Position numbers and translations under genes: made by a program. A stretch of 64,000 bases of DNA, from positions 86,410 through 150,409 of the forward strand of contig JADYZP010000009.1 of assembly GCA_020853025.1 (NCBI GenBank), read 5' to 3'. Every line of letters begins with the position of its first letter. The first letter of the stretch is position 1. The notes beneath the pieces are model-generated. The model was not told where the DNA came from and made no database searches. It worked only from the letters and a program-made list of their open reading frames with translations. Of the stretch, positions 51,331-62,108 are shown piece after piece. The DNA comes from Burkholderiales bacterium. GTDB lineage: Bacteria > Pseudomonadota > Gammaproteobacteria > Burkholderiales > Casimicrobiaceae.

Positions 51331-52083
51331 ATGACTCGACGTCTGGTCTCCGGTGCAGTTGCCGGCGTGCTCGCCGCGGCCTTCGCTGGCGGCGCGATCG
51401 CGCAAACCAAGGGGTACGTGCCCGGAACGGCGCCTTGCTCGCCGGGGTATGTCTGCAATTCGTTCCCGACGCCGACCGATGGGGTCGTGAAGAGTGGTGT
51501 CTACAACAGCACGAAGGGCCTGTCCGGCAACCTGTGCTACCGGCAGCTCTACTGGACCCCGGCGCAGGCCATCGTCCAGTGCGATCCCGACCTCGTGCCG
51601 AAGAAGCCTGCTGCGCCACCGGCCGCGCCGCCCGCTCCGGCCCCGAAGCCGCCGGCACCCGCGCCGAAGCCCGCTCCGCCGGCCGCGCCGCAAGTGCAGA
51701 AGGTCACGCTGGCGTCGAAGGCACTGTTCGACTTCGACAAGTACGCGCTGAAGCCGGAAGGCAAGGCCGCGATCGACACCGAGATCATCGCCAAGCTCGG
51801 CCAGGTCCAGAAGCTCGAACTGGTGCTGGTCACCGGCCACACCGACCCGATCGGCACGCAGCAGTACAACCAGAAGCTGTCCGAGCGTCGCGCCGATGCC
51901 GTTCGCGATTACCTGGTCAGCAAGGGCGTGCCGAAGGACAGGATCGAGACGCTGGGCATGGGTAAGACGCAGCCGATCCCGGGCGTGGTCTGCAAGCAGA
52001 AGAACTGGAAGGAACTCGTCGCCTGCTACGCACCGCTGCGCCGCGTCGAGGTCGAAGTGAAGGGCGAAGGCGTCCGCCGCTAG
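51331..52083 (+). CDS. ompA: OmpA-family peptidoglycan-binding protein (betaproteobacterial type)
   Basis: Signal peptide, Pro-rich linker, GHTD and NQKLS.RRA..V..YL. Confidence 0.9.
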   Translation: MTRRLVSGAVAGVLAAAFAGGAIAQTKGYVPGTAPCSPGYVCNSFPTPTDGVVKSGVYNSTKGLSGNLCYRQLYWTPAQAIVQCDPDLVPKKPAAPPAAPPAPAPKPPAPAPKPAPPAAPQVQKVTLASKALFDFDKYALKPEGKAAIDTEIIAKLGQVQKLELVLVTGHTDPIGTQQYNQKLSERRADAVRDYLVSKGVPKDRIETLGMGKTQPIPGVVCKQKNWKELVACYAPLRRVEVEVKGEGVRR

Positions 52084-52103
52084 ACTTCAAGGCGAAGCCT
52101 GAA

Positions 52104-52134
52104 GACAAAGCCCCGCCCCGTGCGGGGCTTTGTC
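52104..52134 (+). terminator. Terminator-like hairpin after ompA
   Basis: GACAAAGCCCCGC-N5-GCGGGGCTTTGTC. Confidence 0.75.
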
Positions 52135-52151
52135 GTTGGCGCGCGCGATCA

Positions 52152-53495
52152 ATGGACAAGGAAAGCGTCGACCTGCGCATCGATGCGCAGTGGATCGTCC
52201 CGATCGAACCGGCCGGGTCCTTGACCGGCCACGCTCTGCTCGTCGACGCCGGCCGTGTGGTGGCGCTGCTGCCGGCCGCAGTGGCGGACGCGGCGTATGC
52301 GCCACGCCAGGCGCTTGCTTTCCCGTCGCACGTGCTGCTCCCCGGGCTGGTCAACGCGCATACGCACTCGGCAATGACGCTGCTGCGCGGTATCGCCGAC
52401 GACGTGCCGCTCAAGCCTTGGCTGGAAGACCACATCTGGCCCTGCGAGGCCCGCTTCGTTTCGCCCGAGTTCGTGTTCGACGGTACGCTGCTTGCCGCCG
52501 CCGAGATGCTGCGCGGCGGCGTCACCTGCTGCAACGACATGTACTTCTATCCGGAGGCCGCCGCGCGCGCCTACGAAAGCACCGGCATGCGCGCGCTGGT
52601 CGGCGCGCCCGTGCTCGACTTCCCGACCCCCTACGCTGCCGACGCCGACGCCTACCTGGCGCGCGGGCTCGAGGCGCGCGACGCCTTCCGCCACGTGCCG
52701 CATTTGAGCTTCGCGCTTGCCCCGCATGCGCCGTACACGGTGGGCGACGCGGCCTGGTCCTCCATCGTCACCTACGCGCGCCAGCTCGACCTGCCTATCC
52801 AGACGCACCTCGCCGAAACGCGCGATGAAGTGGAGCGCGCGCTCGCGACGACCGGCATGACGCCACTGGCGCGCCTCGACGCGCTGGGCGCCACCGGACC
52901 GGGTTTCATCGCCATCCACGCCGTACACCTGGGTGACGCCGACATCGCCATGCTTACTGCGCAGGGTTGCCACGTCGTGCACTGCCCCACGTCGAACTTG
53001 AAGCTGGCGAGCGGCATCGCTCCCGTGTCCGCGCTGCTCGCAGCGGGTGTCAACATCGCGCTCGGTACCGACGGCGCCGCATCCAATAACCGGCTCGACC
53101 TCTTTGCCGAGATGCGGCTCGCCAGCCTGTTGGCCAAGATCGCCACCGGCGACGCCGCCGCCGGACCCGCCGCGACGGTGCTGCGGATGGCCACGCTCAA
53201 CGGTGCGCGCGCGTTGGGCCTCGACCGCGTGACCGGTTCGCTGGAGGTTGGCAAGGACGCGGACGTGATCGCCGTGGACCTGTCCGAACTCGCCACGCAA
53301 CCGGTATTCGATCCGGTGTCGCACCTGGTCAACGTCGTCGGACGCGATTGCGTCACCGACGTCTGGGTGCGCGGCGTTAGAATGCTCAGTGACCGGCGCC
53401 TGGACACGGTCGACGTGCCCGACGTGCTGATGCGCACTCGCGCGTGGCAGCACCGGCTCGCCACTGCGTGTCGACTCCCGCATCGACTCCCATGA
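52152..53495 (+). CDS. mtaD: TRZ/ATZ amidohydrolase, MTA/SAH deaminase-like
   Basis: [30 protein letters not shown] and GTDGAASNN; conserved gyrA-ubiG neighbourhood. Confidence 0.85.
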   Translation: MDKESVDLRIDAQWIVPIEPAGSLTGHALLVDAGRVVALLPAAVADAAYAPRQALAFPSHVLLPGLVNAHTHSAMTLLRGIADDVPLKPWLEDHIWPCEARFVSPEFVFDGTLLAAAEMLRGGVTCCNDMYFYPEAAARAYESTGMRALVGAPVLDFPTPYAADADAYLARGLEARDAFRHVPHLSFALAPHAPYTVGDAAWSSIVTYARQLDLPIQTHLAETRDEVERALATTGMTPLARLDALGATGPGFIAIHAVHLGDADIAMLTAQGCHVVHCPTSNLKLASGIAPVSALLAAGVNIALGTDGAASNNRLDLFAEMRLASLLAKIATGDAAAGPAATVLRMATLNGARALGLDRVTGSLEVGKDADVIAVDLSELATQPVFDPVSHLVNVVGRDCVTDVWVRGVRMLSDRRLDTVDVPDVLMRTRAWQHRLATACRLPHRLP

Positions 53496-54244
53496 CCGCT
53501 CGCGAAATTTCCACACCCGCCGCGGCGCCCGCATCGATCAACGCCGACCCGGCCGAACTCGCCAAGTTTTCGGACACGGCGCACCGCTGGTGGGATCCGA
53601 CCAGCGAATTCGGACCGCTGCACGCGATCAATCCGCTGCGGATGCGCTGGATCGATGAAGTCGCCGGTGGGCTCGCCGGCAAGGACGTGCTCGATGTCGG
53701 TTGTGGCGGCGGCATTCTTTCCGAAGCGATGGCAGCCGCCGGTGCCCGCGTGACCGGGATCGATCTGTCCGGGAAGGCGCTCGGCGTTGCCCGACTGCAC
53801 CGCCTCGAATCCGGTATCGAAGTCGAATACCGGCAGATCGCCGCCGAGGCGCTGGCGCTGGAGACCCCCGCGCACTACGACGTCGTCACGTGCATGGAAT
53901 TGCTCGAGCACGTTCCCGACCCGGCTTCGATCGTGGCCGCCTGCGCCGTGCTCGCCAAACCCGGCGGCAGCGTGGTGTTCGCCACGCTGAATCGCAATCC
54001 GAGGTCGTATCTGTTCGCCATCCTTGGCGCCGAGTACCTGCTGCGCTTGCTGCCGCGCGGAACGCACGACTGGACGCGGTTCATCCGTCCGGCGGAACTG
54101 GCGGGCTTCGCCCGTCGCGCCGGACTCGACCTCGAGAGGCTCGCGGGCATGAGCTACAACGTGCTGACCCGCGAGTACCGCATCGAGGCCAATGCCACGG
54201 TGAACTACCTCGCAGCCTTTCGCAAGCCGGCGCATGCCGGGTAG
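53492..54244 (+). CDS. ubiG: Ubiquinone biosynthesis O-methyltransferase
   Basis: [25 protein letters not shown] and GAEY.L.LLP.GTH. Confidence 0.96.
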   Translation: MTAREISTPAAAPASINADPAELAKFSDTAHRWWDPTSEFGPLHAINPLRMRWIDEVAGGLAGKDVLDVGCGGGILSEAMAAAGARVTGIDLSGKALGVARLHRLESGIEVEYRQIAAEALALETPAHYDVVTCMELLEHVPDPASIVAACAVLAKPGGSVVFATLNRNPRSYLFAILGAEYLLRLLPRGTHDWTRFIRPAELAGFARRAGLDLERLAGMSYNVLTREYRIEANATVNYLAAFRKPAHAG

Positions 54245-54920
54245 CGCCACGGCGCGGCGGCTGCCGGTTTCGGCGGTGCTGTTCGATCTCGACGGCACTC
54301 TGGCCGATTCCGCGGGCGACCTGGCCCTCGCCCTCAACCGCCTGCGCGCCGACCACGGGCTGCCGCCGGTGCCGGTCGCCGGCTTGCGCGCATATGCTTC
54401 GTCAGGCGCACGCGGGCTCCTCGACGCAGGCATGGGCGTCACCACCGACCATGCCGAGTACGCGTCGCTGCGCGACGCGTTTCTTGCGCACTACGCACAG
54501 TGTCTCGCCGAAACGACCCGGCTCTTCGCCGGTGTCGAAGCGCTGCTATCGACGATCGAGCAGCGTGGTCTGTCCTGGGGCATCGTCACCAACAAGCACT
54601 CGCGCTTCACGCTGCCGGTCGTCGCCGCACTCGGACTCACGCAGCGTGCGGCGGTCGTCGTCTCGGGTGATACGACGCCGAACCCCAAGCCACATCCGGC
54701 GCCACTGCTGCACGCGGCGAAGGTATTGCACGCATTGCCGGCAGCATGCGTCTACGTCGGCGACGACCTGCGCGACATCGAGGCCGGGCAGGCCGCGGGC
54801 ATGACGACGATCGTTGCCGGCTACGGCTACATGGGCAACTCCGGCGCTCCCGGCGCCTGGCCGGCAACGGGTTGGATCAGGCAACCGCTCGAGTTGCTGT
54901 CGTGGTTGCCGGAGAGCTAG
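54234..54920 (+). CDS. gph: HAD-IA phosphatase (phosphoglycolate/MurNAc-6-P phosphatase type)
   Basis: FDLDGTL, TNK, KPHP and YVGDD. Confidence 0.88.
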   Translation: MPGSATARRLPVSAVLFDLDGTLADSAGDLALALNRLRADHGLPPVPVAGLRAYASSGARGLLDAGMGVTTDHAEYASLRDAFLAHYAQCLAETTRLFAGVEALLSTIEQRGLSWGIVTNKHSRFTLPVVAALGLTQRAAVVVSGDTTPNPKPHPAPLLHAAKVLHALPAACVYVGDDLRDIEAGQAAGMTTIVAGYGYMGNSGAPGAWPATGWIRQPLELLSWLPES

Positions 54921-54974
54921 GTTCGGCTCAGGACCGGTCCCGAAGCGTGCGCAGTACCGCCCACCCTCCATGCA

Positions 54975-55035
54975 GTTCAGGCTTCAGCCCGACGGTTTTC
55001 GAGAGCCCGCAAGGCGTCCGACTGAAGCCGGACGC
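54975..55035. repeat. REP-like imperfect palindrome
   Basis: GGCTTCAGCCCGAC...GTCCGACTGAAGCCGGAC between convergent genes. Confidence 0.5.
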
Positions 55036-55080
55036 GCAATACTCGCGCCGCGGCACCCCTGCATCCCCGAAGGGCCCACG

Positions 55081-55905
55081 CTACGGACAACTCCCGGCGT
55101 TGAGCAACAGCCATTCCCGCGGCGAACCGTTGCGACTGCCGCTGACCCGAACCGGCTGCTGCGCGGCCAGCGGCTTGAGCACCGCTCTGACAACGTCGTC
55201 GGGAACGGTCAGCGCGACGCCGTTCGCCTGCTCCAGCCGGTCGCCCTTTTGCATCGCCAGCATGGTCACGAAGCCGCTGTCGTCACGGACGGCGAGCGCA
55301 CCCCGCTCCGCCACCAGCAGCGCGGTCCAGCTCTCCGGCTTTGCAATGATGCCCTGGAAGAGCTCGGCGTTGAGCCGCAGCACGCTGCCGCGGAATCCCG
55401 CCGGCGGCGCGCACGCGGCACTGCGTGCGGACTTCGCCGCAACGGGCCGCACTGGCGCCGTGCGGGCCGCCGGCTCGGCGCGCAAAGCTATCCGGTGTTC
55501 ACCGCCAGCATCACGCACGGTGATGCCGTCGGGTCGCACGGCGACCAGCGTCGCCCCTTGCGCGATCTCCTGCCCGGTAGCGACGAGCCTGGACCCTGAC
55601 GGCAACCGGAACAGCGCATAGCCGGCGCCGTCGCGCTCGGCGAACACGCCGAGCAAGCGCGTATCGCCGGTGGCGAGCGTCGCGCGGTCGTCGACGGGTG
55701 CCGCGGGCGGTGCCGCCGGTCCGGGCGTCGACCACAAGCCCGACGCGACGATCGCGGCGACAGGGTCCGCCGGCGCCGCCGGAACGATATGCACGGGACG
55801 CGGGCCCATGATTTGCCAGCCCCAGTGTGCCACCACCGTCGCCAGCAGCGCCAGCGCGAGCAGCGTGGCGATGGCGGCGGCTACGCGGACGACGGCGTCC
55901 TTCAT
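55081..55905 (-). CDS. GspC/PulC-like type II secretion accessory protein
   Basis: N-terminal TM anchor, HR-like 'RLLGVF...GYALF......V..G.EI..G..L..V..D.I' and a PDZ-like tail (MQKGDRLEQANGV). Confidence 0.7.
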   Translation of the reverse strand: MKDAVVRVAAAIATLLALALLATVVAHWGWQIMGPRPVHIVPAAPADPVAAIVASGLWSTPGPAAPPAAPVDDRATLATGDTRLLGVFAERDGAGYALFRLPSGSRLVATGQEIAQGATLVAVRPDGITVRDAGGEHRIALRAEPAARTAPVRPVAAKSARSAACAPPAGFRGSVLRLNAELFQGIIAKPESWTALLVAERGALAVRDDSGFVTMLAMQKGDRLEQANGVALTVPDDVVRAVLKPLAAQQPVRVSGSRNGSPREWLLLNAGSCP

Positions 55906-55981
55906 CGCGTCGACCCATGCCAACCGACGCCAGCGATTCCCGCGCCGCTATAATCGTCGCTCATTCGCACGGACTCCTTCC

Positions 55982-57199
55982 TTGAATCCCAGGCTCGCGC
56001 TGCTGCAACCTTACCCATTCGAAAAGCTGCGTGCGCTGTTCGCCGGCGTCGAGGCCAACCCCGCCAAGCGGGCGATTAGCCTGTCGATTGGGGAACCGAA
56101 GCACCCGACGCCGCGATTGATCGTCGACGCACTGGTCGCCGGCGCCGGCGCCTTCGCAAATTATCCCACGACGTCCGGGTCGCCGGCCCTGCGCGAGGCG
56201 ATCGCCGGTTGGCTCTCCCGCCGACACGGATTGCCGTCGCTCGATCCGGTGACGCAGGTGTTGCCGGTGCTCGGCAGCCGCGAGGCGCTGTTCGCCTTCG
56301 GCCAGGTCGTCATCGACGGCAGCCGCCCCGGCGCCACGGTCGTCGTTCCGAATCCCTTCTACCAGATCTACGAGGGCGCAGCGCTGCTCGCCGGCGCGCA
56401 GGTGCATTGTGTCAACGCCGACCCTGCCGCGGGGTTCGCGCACACGTGGCGCGAAGTGCCCGCCGAGGTCTGGGCGCGTACCCAGCTGCTCTACGTGTGC
56501 TCGCCCGACAATCCGACCGGCCGCGTGCTCGATCTCGCCGGATGGCGCGAGCTGTTTGCGCTGTCGGATCGCCATGGTTTCGTCATCGCCTCCGACGAAT
56601 GCTATTCGGAAATCTACTTCGACGAAGCGAAGCCGCCGCTGGGCGCGCTTGCCGCCGCGCAGGCATTGGGCCGCGCCGGATTTCCGCGTCTGGCGGTGTT
56701 CGGCAGCCTGTCCAAGCGCTCCAACGCGCCCGGGCTGCGCTCCGGCTACGTTGCGGGCAACGCGGCGCTGATGCGCTCGTTCCTGCTCTACCGGACGTAT
56801 CACGGCAGCGCAATGTCGGGTGCGGTTGCGGCGGCGAGCATCGCAGCGTGGAGCGACGAGTCGCACGTGCGCGCCAACCGCGCGGAGTACGCGTCGAAAT
56901 TCGCGCGGCTGCAGCCGCAGGTTGCCGCGGTCCTTCCCTGCACGATGCCCGACGCAGCGTTCTACCTCTGGGCGAGCACAACGATCGACGACACCGAGTT
57001 CGCGCGCAGGCTCTTCGCCGAGGAAAACGTGTCGGTGTTGCCCGGCAGCTTTGTTGCGCGCGACGCGCATGGCCACAATCCGGGACGGCGCCGGGTCCGA
57101 CTGGCGCTGGTGGCCCAGGAAGACGAATGCGCCGACGCGGTCGACAGGCTGGTCGAGTTTTGCCGGCGCCTGCAGGAATCCGAAGTCGCCGCACGCTGA
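55982..57199 (+). CDS. dapC: Succinyldiaminopimelate aminotransferase
   Basis: LNPRL..LQPYPFEKL, SIGEPKH, SDECYSE and SLSKRSN.PGLRSG; TTG start. Confidence 0.95.
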   Translation: MNPRLALLQPYPFEKLRALFAGVEANPAKRAISLSIGEPKHPTPRLIVDALVAGAGAFANYPTTSGSPALREAIAGWLSRRHGLPSLDPVTQVLPVLGSREALFAFGQVVIDGSRPGATVVVPNPFYQIYEGAALLAGAQVHCVNADPAAGFAHTWREVPAEVWARTQLLYVCSPDNPTGRVLDLAGWRELFALSDRHGFVIASDECYSEIYFDEAKPPLGALAAAQALGRAGFPRLAVFGSLSKRSNAPGLRSGYVAGNAALMRSFLLYRTYHGSAMSGAVAAASIAAWSDESHVRANRAEYASKFARLQPQVAAVLPCTMPDAAFYLWASTTIDDTEFARRLFAEENVSVLPGSFVARDAHGHNPGRRRVRLALVAQEDECADAVDRLVEFCRRLQESEVAAR

Positions 57200-57263
57200 C
57201 CGCCGACAGTGGGGCGGTCGCAGGCGGCACGCTATAATTCGCGCTTTTTGCGAATAGGCGCTC

Positions 57264-58094
57264 ATGTCCAATCTTGCCGCCATCATCGATGCCGCGTGGG
57301 AACGACGCGCGGAACTGACACCCGCCGCAGCGCCCGCGGAACTGCGCGAGGCGGTCGCGCAGGTGATCGCCGAACTCGACGCCGGCACGCTGCGCGTGGC
57401 GGAGAAAACCGACGGCGACTGGGTCACGCACCAGTGGCTGAAAAAGGCGGTGCTGCTGTCGTTCCGGCTTTCCGACAACGTGGGAATCGGCCTCGAGGGC
57501 CCCGTCGCACCGTTTCGCTTCTACGACAAGGTGCCGACCAAGTTCGCGCGCTACAGCGACGCCGACTTCGCCGCGTCGGGTGTGCGCGTCGTGCCTCCGG
57601 CGATGGCCAGGCGCGGCGCCTTCGTCGCCCGCAACGTGGTGTTGATGCCGTCGTTCGTGAACATCGGCGCCTACGTCGACGAAGGCACGATGGTCGACAC
57701 CTGGGCCACCGTCGGCTCCTGCGCGCAGATCGGCCGCAACGTCCACCTGTCGGGAGGCGTGGGCATCGGCGGCGTACTCGAGCCGCTGCAGGCGAATCCG
57801 ACGATCATCGAAGATAACTGCTTCATCGGCGCCCGATCGGAGGTCGTCGAGGGCGTGATCGTCGAGGCGAACTCGGTGCTCGGCATGGGCGTCTTCCTGG
57901 GCCAGAGCACGCGGATCTACGATCGCGCACGCAGCAGCGTTTCCTACGGCCGCGTGCCGGCGGGCTCGGTCGTCGTCGCCGGCAGCCTTCCCGCCGGCGA
58001 TTCCGGGTGCCACCTGTATTGCGCGGTGATCGTCAAGCAGGTCGACGCGAAGACGCGATCGAAGACCAGCATCAACGAGTTGCTGCGCATCTGA
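57264..58094 (+). CDS. dapD: Tetrahydrodipicolinate N-succinyltransferase
   Basis: [16 protein letters not shown], hexapeptide repeats and SINELLR. Confidence 0.97.
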   Translation: MSNLAAIIDAAWERRAELTPAAAPAELREAVAQVIAELDAGTLRVAEKTDGDWVTHQWLKKAVLLSFRLSDNVGIGLEGPVAPFRFYDKVPTKFARYSDADFAASGVRVVPPAMARRGAFVARNVVLMPSFVNIGAYVDEGTMVDTWATVGSCAQIGRNVHLSGGVGIGGVLEPLQANPTIIEDNCFIGARSEVVEGVIVEANSVLGMGVFLGQSTRIYDRARSSVSYGRVPAGSVVVAGSLPAGDSGCHLYCAVIVKQVDAKTRSKTSINELLRI

Positions 58095-58106
58095 CGCTCG
58101 CCGCCG

Positions 58107-58910
58107 ATGTCCGTCAACCTGAAGACGCCGGAGGAAATCGACGGCATGCGCGTAGCCGGCCGTCTCGCCTCCGAACTGCTCGATTTCCTGACGCCGCATG
58201 TCCAGCCTGGCGTCACCACCGGCACGATCAACGAACTCGCGCATGAGCACATGCTCGGCGTGCAGCAGACGAAGCCGGCGACGCTCAACTACGCGCCGCC
58301 CGGACATTCACCGTATCCGGCCTCGCTGTGCACGTCGGTCAATCATGTCGTCTGCCACGGCATCCCCGGGGACAGGAAACTCAAGGACGGCGACATCGTC
58401 AACATCGACGTTACCGTCATCAAGGACGGCTTTCACGGTGACACCAGCCGCATGTTCCAGGTCGGCAAGTCATCGATTCAGGCCCGGCGCCTGTCCGAAA
58501 CGACCTACGAGGCGATGTGGCGCGGCATACGCGCGGTGCGGCCCGGTGCGCACCTCGGCGACATCGGCGCGGCGATCCAGCGCTTTGCCGAAAGCCACGG
58601 CTTCTCGGTGGTTCGCGAATTTTGCGGCCACGGCATCGGCCGCGCGTTTCACGAGGAGCCGCAGGTGCTGCACTATGGGCGCACCGGCGCCGGACTCAAG
58701 CTGCAACCCGGCATGATCTTCACCATCGAGCCGATGATCAACGCCGGTCGCGCGGCGATCCGCTGCCTGGCCGATGGCTGGACCATCGTCACCGCCGATC
58801 ATTCGCTGTCGGCGCAATGGGAGCACACGGTTTTGGTGACACCCGACGGCTTCGAAGTGCTCACGGTGTCCGCCGGAACGCCCTCGCCGCCCGTCGCCGC
58901 GGAGCAGTAG
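58107..58910 (+). CDS. map: Type I methionine aminopeptidase
   Basis: CHGIP, DVT, GDTS, GHGIG..FHEEP and QWEHT. Confidence 0.97.
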   Translation: MSVNLKTPEEIDGMRVAGRLASELLDFLTPHVQPGVTTGTINELAHEHMLGVQQTKPATLNYAPPGHSPYPASLCTSVNHVVCHGIPGDRKLKDGDIVNIDVTVIKDGFHGDTSRMFQVGKSSIQARRLSETTYEAMWRGIRAVRPGAHLGDIGAAIQRFAESHGFSVVREFCGHGIGRAFHEEPQVLHYGRTGAGLKLQPGMIFTIEPMINAGRAAIRCLADGWTIVTADHSLSAQWEHTVLVTPDGFEVLTVSAGTPSPPVAAEQ

Positions 58911-58922
58911 TCTCCGCCTTCG

Positions 58923-61535
58923 ATGGCGCATCCCGCCCCGCCGGCAGACTCTGCGGCTACGGCTACCGCAGACGAGGCCGGTCCACGCGTCGCGTTCTGG
59001 CGCGGCGAATTGCGCGAACGCCGAGCAGTCCTGCGCGAAGCGTTCTTTGCCAGGCCCGACACCGCACGTCTGTTGCGAGAACACGCGCGGCTGGTCGACG
59101 CCGTGATCCGCGGCATCTGGTCCGAGAGCGCGATGCCCGTGGGGCTCGCCGCCCTGGCGGTCGGCGGCTACGGGCGCGGACAGTTGTTTCCGCACTCCGA
59201 CGTTGACGTGCTGATCCTGATGCCGCACGCCGACGCGCCGCCCGCCACTGCCATCGAGCGCTTTTTCGCCACGCTTTGGGACATCGGCATCGAACTGTCG
59301 CATGCGGTGCGCACGATCGAAGAATGCATTGTCGAAATGAAGGCAGACGTCACGATCGAGACCAGCCTGCTCGAGCACCGGCTGCTCGCCGGCTCGTGCG
59401 AGCTCTTCCGGCGCTTCCGCGCGCAATTTGCAGCACACGTCGACATTCGCGTGTTCTACGACGCGAAGGCTCTGGAGCAGCAGCAGCGGCACCTGAAATA
59501 CCAGGACGCGATCTACAACCTCGAGCCCAACGTCAAGGAGAGTCCGGGCGGCCTGCGCGACCTGGCCTCGGTGCTGTGGATCGCCCGCGCGGCCGGCTTC
59601 GGAAAGACGTGGCGGGAGCTGGCGCGCAATGGACTCATGACCGCAGGTGAAGCACGCGCAGCGTCGCGCCAGGAGCGCCTGATCGGGGCGTTGCGCGTCC
59701 GCCTGCACTACCTGATGAATCGCCGCGAGGACCGGCTGGTCTTCGACGCCCAGTCCGCCCTCGCCGAACAACTCGGACTCGCCGACACGCGTGCGAAGCG
59801 GGCCAGCGAACAGCTGATGCAGCGCTACTACCGCGCCGCGATCCTGGTTCGGCAACTGAACACCCTCCTGCTGCAGAACCTGAGTGCGCGCATCTACCCG
59901 ACAGCCGCCGAACCGCTGCCGATCGATGCCGAGTTCCAGCAGGTCGACGAGCTGCTCGATCTACGCGACGAGCGCGTCTTCGAGCGCCGGCCCGGCGCGA
60001 TCCTCGATGCCTTCCTGTTGCTGCAAAGACATCGCGAATTGAAGGGCATGACGGCCAGGACCTTGCGCGCACTCTGGCACGGACGGCGACTGATCGACGG
60101 TGCGTTCCGGCGCGATGCAGCAAACCGCGAGCGCTTCATCGAGATGTTCCGTATCGAGCGCGGCCTGCTGCACGGCCTGCGCCGGATGAACCTGTACGGA
60201 ATCCTCGGGCAGTACCTGCCGGTATTCGGGCGCATCGTCGGGCAAATGCAGCACGACCTCTTCCACGTGGACACGGTGGATGAGCACATCCTGATGGTCA
60301 TCCGCAACCTGCGCCGCTTCACCGAGGCGCAGCACGCGCACGAATACCCGCTGTGCTCGCGCCTGATCGCCGATTTCGAGCGGCGCGAACTACTCTACGT
60401 CGCGGGTCTTTTCCACGATATCGCGAAAGGACGTGGCGGCGACCATTCGGCGCTCGGCGCCCGCGACGCGCGGCGCTTCTGCCGGGCGCATGCGCTGTCC
60501 GCAGAGGACACCGAACTCGTCGCCTGGCTGGTCACCGATCACCTGTTGATGTCGTCCACCGCGCAAAAGCAGGACCTGTCCGACCCCGACGTCATTGCCG
60601 CCTTCGCTCGGAGGATGGGCAACGAGCGGCGGCTCATCGCGCTCTATCTTTTCACCGTCGCCGACATCCGCGGCACAAGCCCCAAGGTGTGGAACAACTG
60701 GAAGGGCAAGCTGCTCGAGGATCTCTTCCACGCCGCACGCGCCGTGCTGGCGGGCACGGCACCGGCGCGGACGGTGACCGACAGCGTCGAAGCGCGGCGC
60801 CTGGAAGCGCAACGATTGCTGCGGCTGTACGCTGTTCCCGAGGGCTCCGAGCAGAAGCTGTGGAAATGGCTCGACACGCCCTACTTCCAGCGCCATACCG
60901 CCGAGGAAATCGCCTGGCATGCGCGCCACCTGTACTGGCGGGTCGAGCGCAGCGAACCGGTGGTGAAGGCGAGGCTGGCGCGCGACGGCGCCGGCATGCA
61001 GGTGCTGGTCTACCTTCCTGACCAGAAGGAGCTGTTCGCGCGGCTCTGCGGCTTTTTCGGGCGCACTGGGCTGTCGATTCTGGAGGCCAAGATCCACACG
61101 ACGCGCAACGGCCGCGCGCTCGACACCTTTGCGCTCCACGATCCGGCGCCATCGGGAACCTCGTACCGCGATACGCTGCAAATGGTCGAGTTCGAGCTCT
61201 CGCAGCTCCTGGCCGAGCAGCCTCCGCTGGCTCCTCCCCAGGAGGGACGCATTCCGCGGCTGCTGAAGCACTTTCCCTTGACGCCCGAAGTGCAGATTTT
61301 CCCCGACGACAAGGGCACGCACTACATCCTCGAGGTAGTCGCCGGCGACCGCCCGGGACTGCTCGCGCGCGTCGCCTACACGCTGGCCCGCGCCAACGTC
61401 AACGTGGTCAGCGCCAAGATCAACACGCTTGGCGATCGCGCCGAGGACGTGTTCCTGATCGACGGCGCGCCGCTGCACGACGGGCAGGCGCTGCTGCGGC
61501 TCGAAACCGCGCTCTACGAAGAACTCAAAATCTAG
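58923..61535 (+). CDS. glnD: PII uridylyltransferase/uridylyl-removing enzyme
   Basis: GGYGR...PHSD.D, HD domain (HDIAKG) and two ACT domains. Confidence 0.96.
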   Translation: MAHPAPPADSAATATADEAGPRVAFWRGELRERRAVLREAFFARPDTARLLREHARLVDAVIRGIWSESAMPVGLAALAVGGYGRGQLFPHSDVDVLILMPHADAPPATAIERFFATLWDIGIELSHAVRTIEECIVEMKADVTIETSLLEHRLLAGSCELFRRFRAQFAAHVDIRVFYDAKALEQQQRHLKYQDAIYNLEPNVKESPGGLRDLASVLWIARAAGFGKTWRELARNGLMTAGEARAASRQERLIGALRVRLHYLMNRREDRLVFDAQSALAEQLGLADTRAKRASEQLMQRYYRAAILVRQLNTLLLQNLSARIYPTAAEPLPIDAEFQQVDELLDLRDERVFERRPGAILDAFLLLQRHRELKGMTARTLRALWHGRRLIDGAFRRDAANRERFIEMFRIERGLLHGLRRMNLYGILGQYLPVFGRIVGQMQHDLFHVDTVDEHILMVIRNLRRFTEAQHAHEYPLCSRLIADFERRELLYVAGLFHDIAKGRGGDHSALGARDARRFCRAHALSAEDTELVAWLVTDHLLMSSTAQKQDLSDPDVIAAFARRMGNERRLIALYLFTVADIRGTSPKVWNNWKGKLLEDLFHAARAVLAGTAPARTVTDSVEARRLEAQRLLRLYAVPEGSEQKLWKWLDTPYFQRHTAEEIAWHARHLYWRVERSEPVVKARLARDGAGMQVLVYLPDQKELFARLCGFFGRTGLSILEAKIHTTRNGRALDTFALHDPAPSGTSYRDTLQMVEFELSQLLAEQPPLAPPQEGRIPRLLKHFPLTPEVQIFPDDKGTHYILEVVAGDRPGLLARVAYTLARANVNVVSAKINTLGDRAEDVFLIDGAPLHDGQALLRLETALYEELKI

Positions 61536-61541
61536 GTTTCG

Positions 61542-62084
61542 CTACTCGTCCATTCCGGCGGTGCCGGCCATTTCAGGGAACAGCACGTCGGTGAAGCCGA
61601 AGCGGCGCAGGTCCCGGATTCGCTGCGGATACAAGATCCCGTCCAGGTGATCGCACTCGTGCTGGACCACGCGAGCGTGGAAGCCGTCGACATCGCGAGC
61701 GATGTGCCGACCATCGGGACCGTAGCCTTCGTAACGCAGGCGCGCGAAGCGCGGCACCAGGCCGCGAAAGCCCGGGACCGACAGGCAGCCTTCCCAGCCG
61801 TCCTCCTCGTCGTCGTCGGAGAGCGGGGTCAGCACCGGGTTGACGAGTTCGGTGTACGGCACCGGCTCGGCATCCGGATAGCGGGGATTGCGCTCGACAC
61901 CGAAGATCACGACCCGCAGCGGCACGCCAATCTGCGGCGCCGCGAGGCCGGCGCCGTCGTGCGCCTGCATCGTCTCGCGCATGTCGGCGAGCAGCGCGCG
62001 CAGTTCCGGACCGCCGATGTGCTCGACCTCGCGCGAGCGTTCGAACAGACGCGGATCGCCCATGCGCAGAATGTCGTGGATCAT
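61542..62084 (-). CDS. def: Peptide deformylase
   Basis: [13 protein letters not shown] and HECDH. Confidence 0.95.
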   Translation of the reverse strand: MIHDILRMGDPRLFERSREVEHIGGPELRALLADMRETMQAHDGAGLAAPQIGVPLRVVIFGVERNPRYPDAEPVPYTELVNPVLTPLSDDDEEDGWEGCLSVPGFRGLVPRFARLRYEGYGPDGRHIARDVDGFHARVVQHECDHLDGILYPQRIRDLRRFGFTDVLFPEMAGTAGMDE

Positions 62085-62108
62085 TGGTTGGACCTGACGC
62101 AGGCCAAT

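Noticed and set aside
51600-51700. GC-rich repeats in ompA
   Set aside because: They encode the ordinary Pro/Ala linker.
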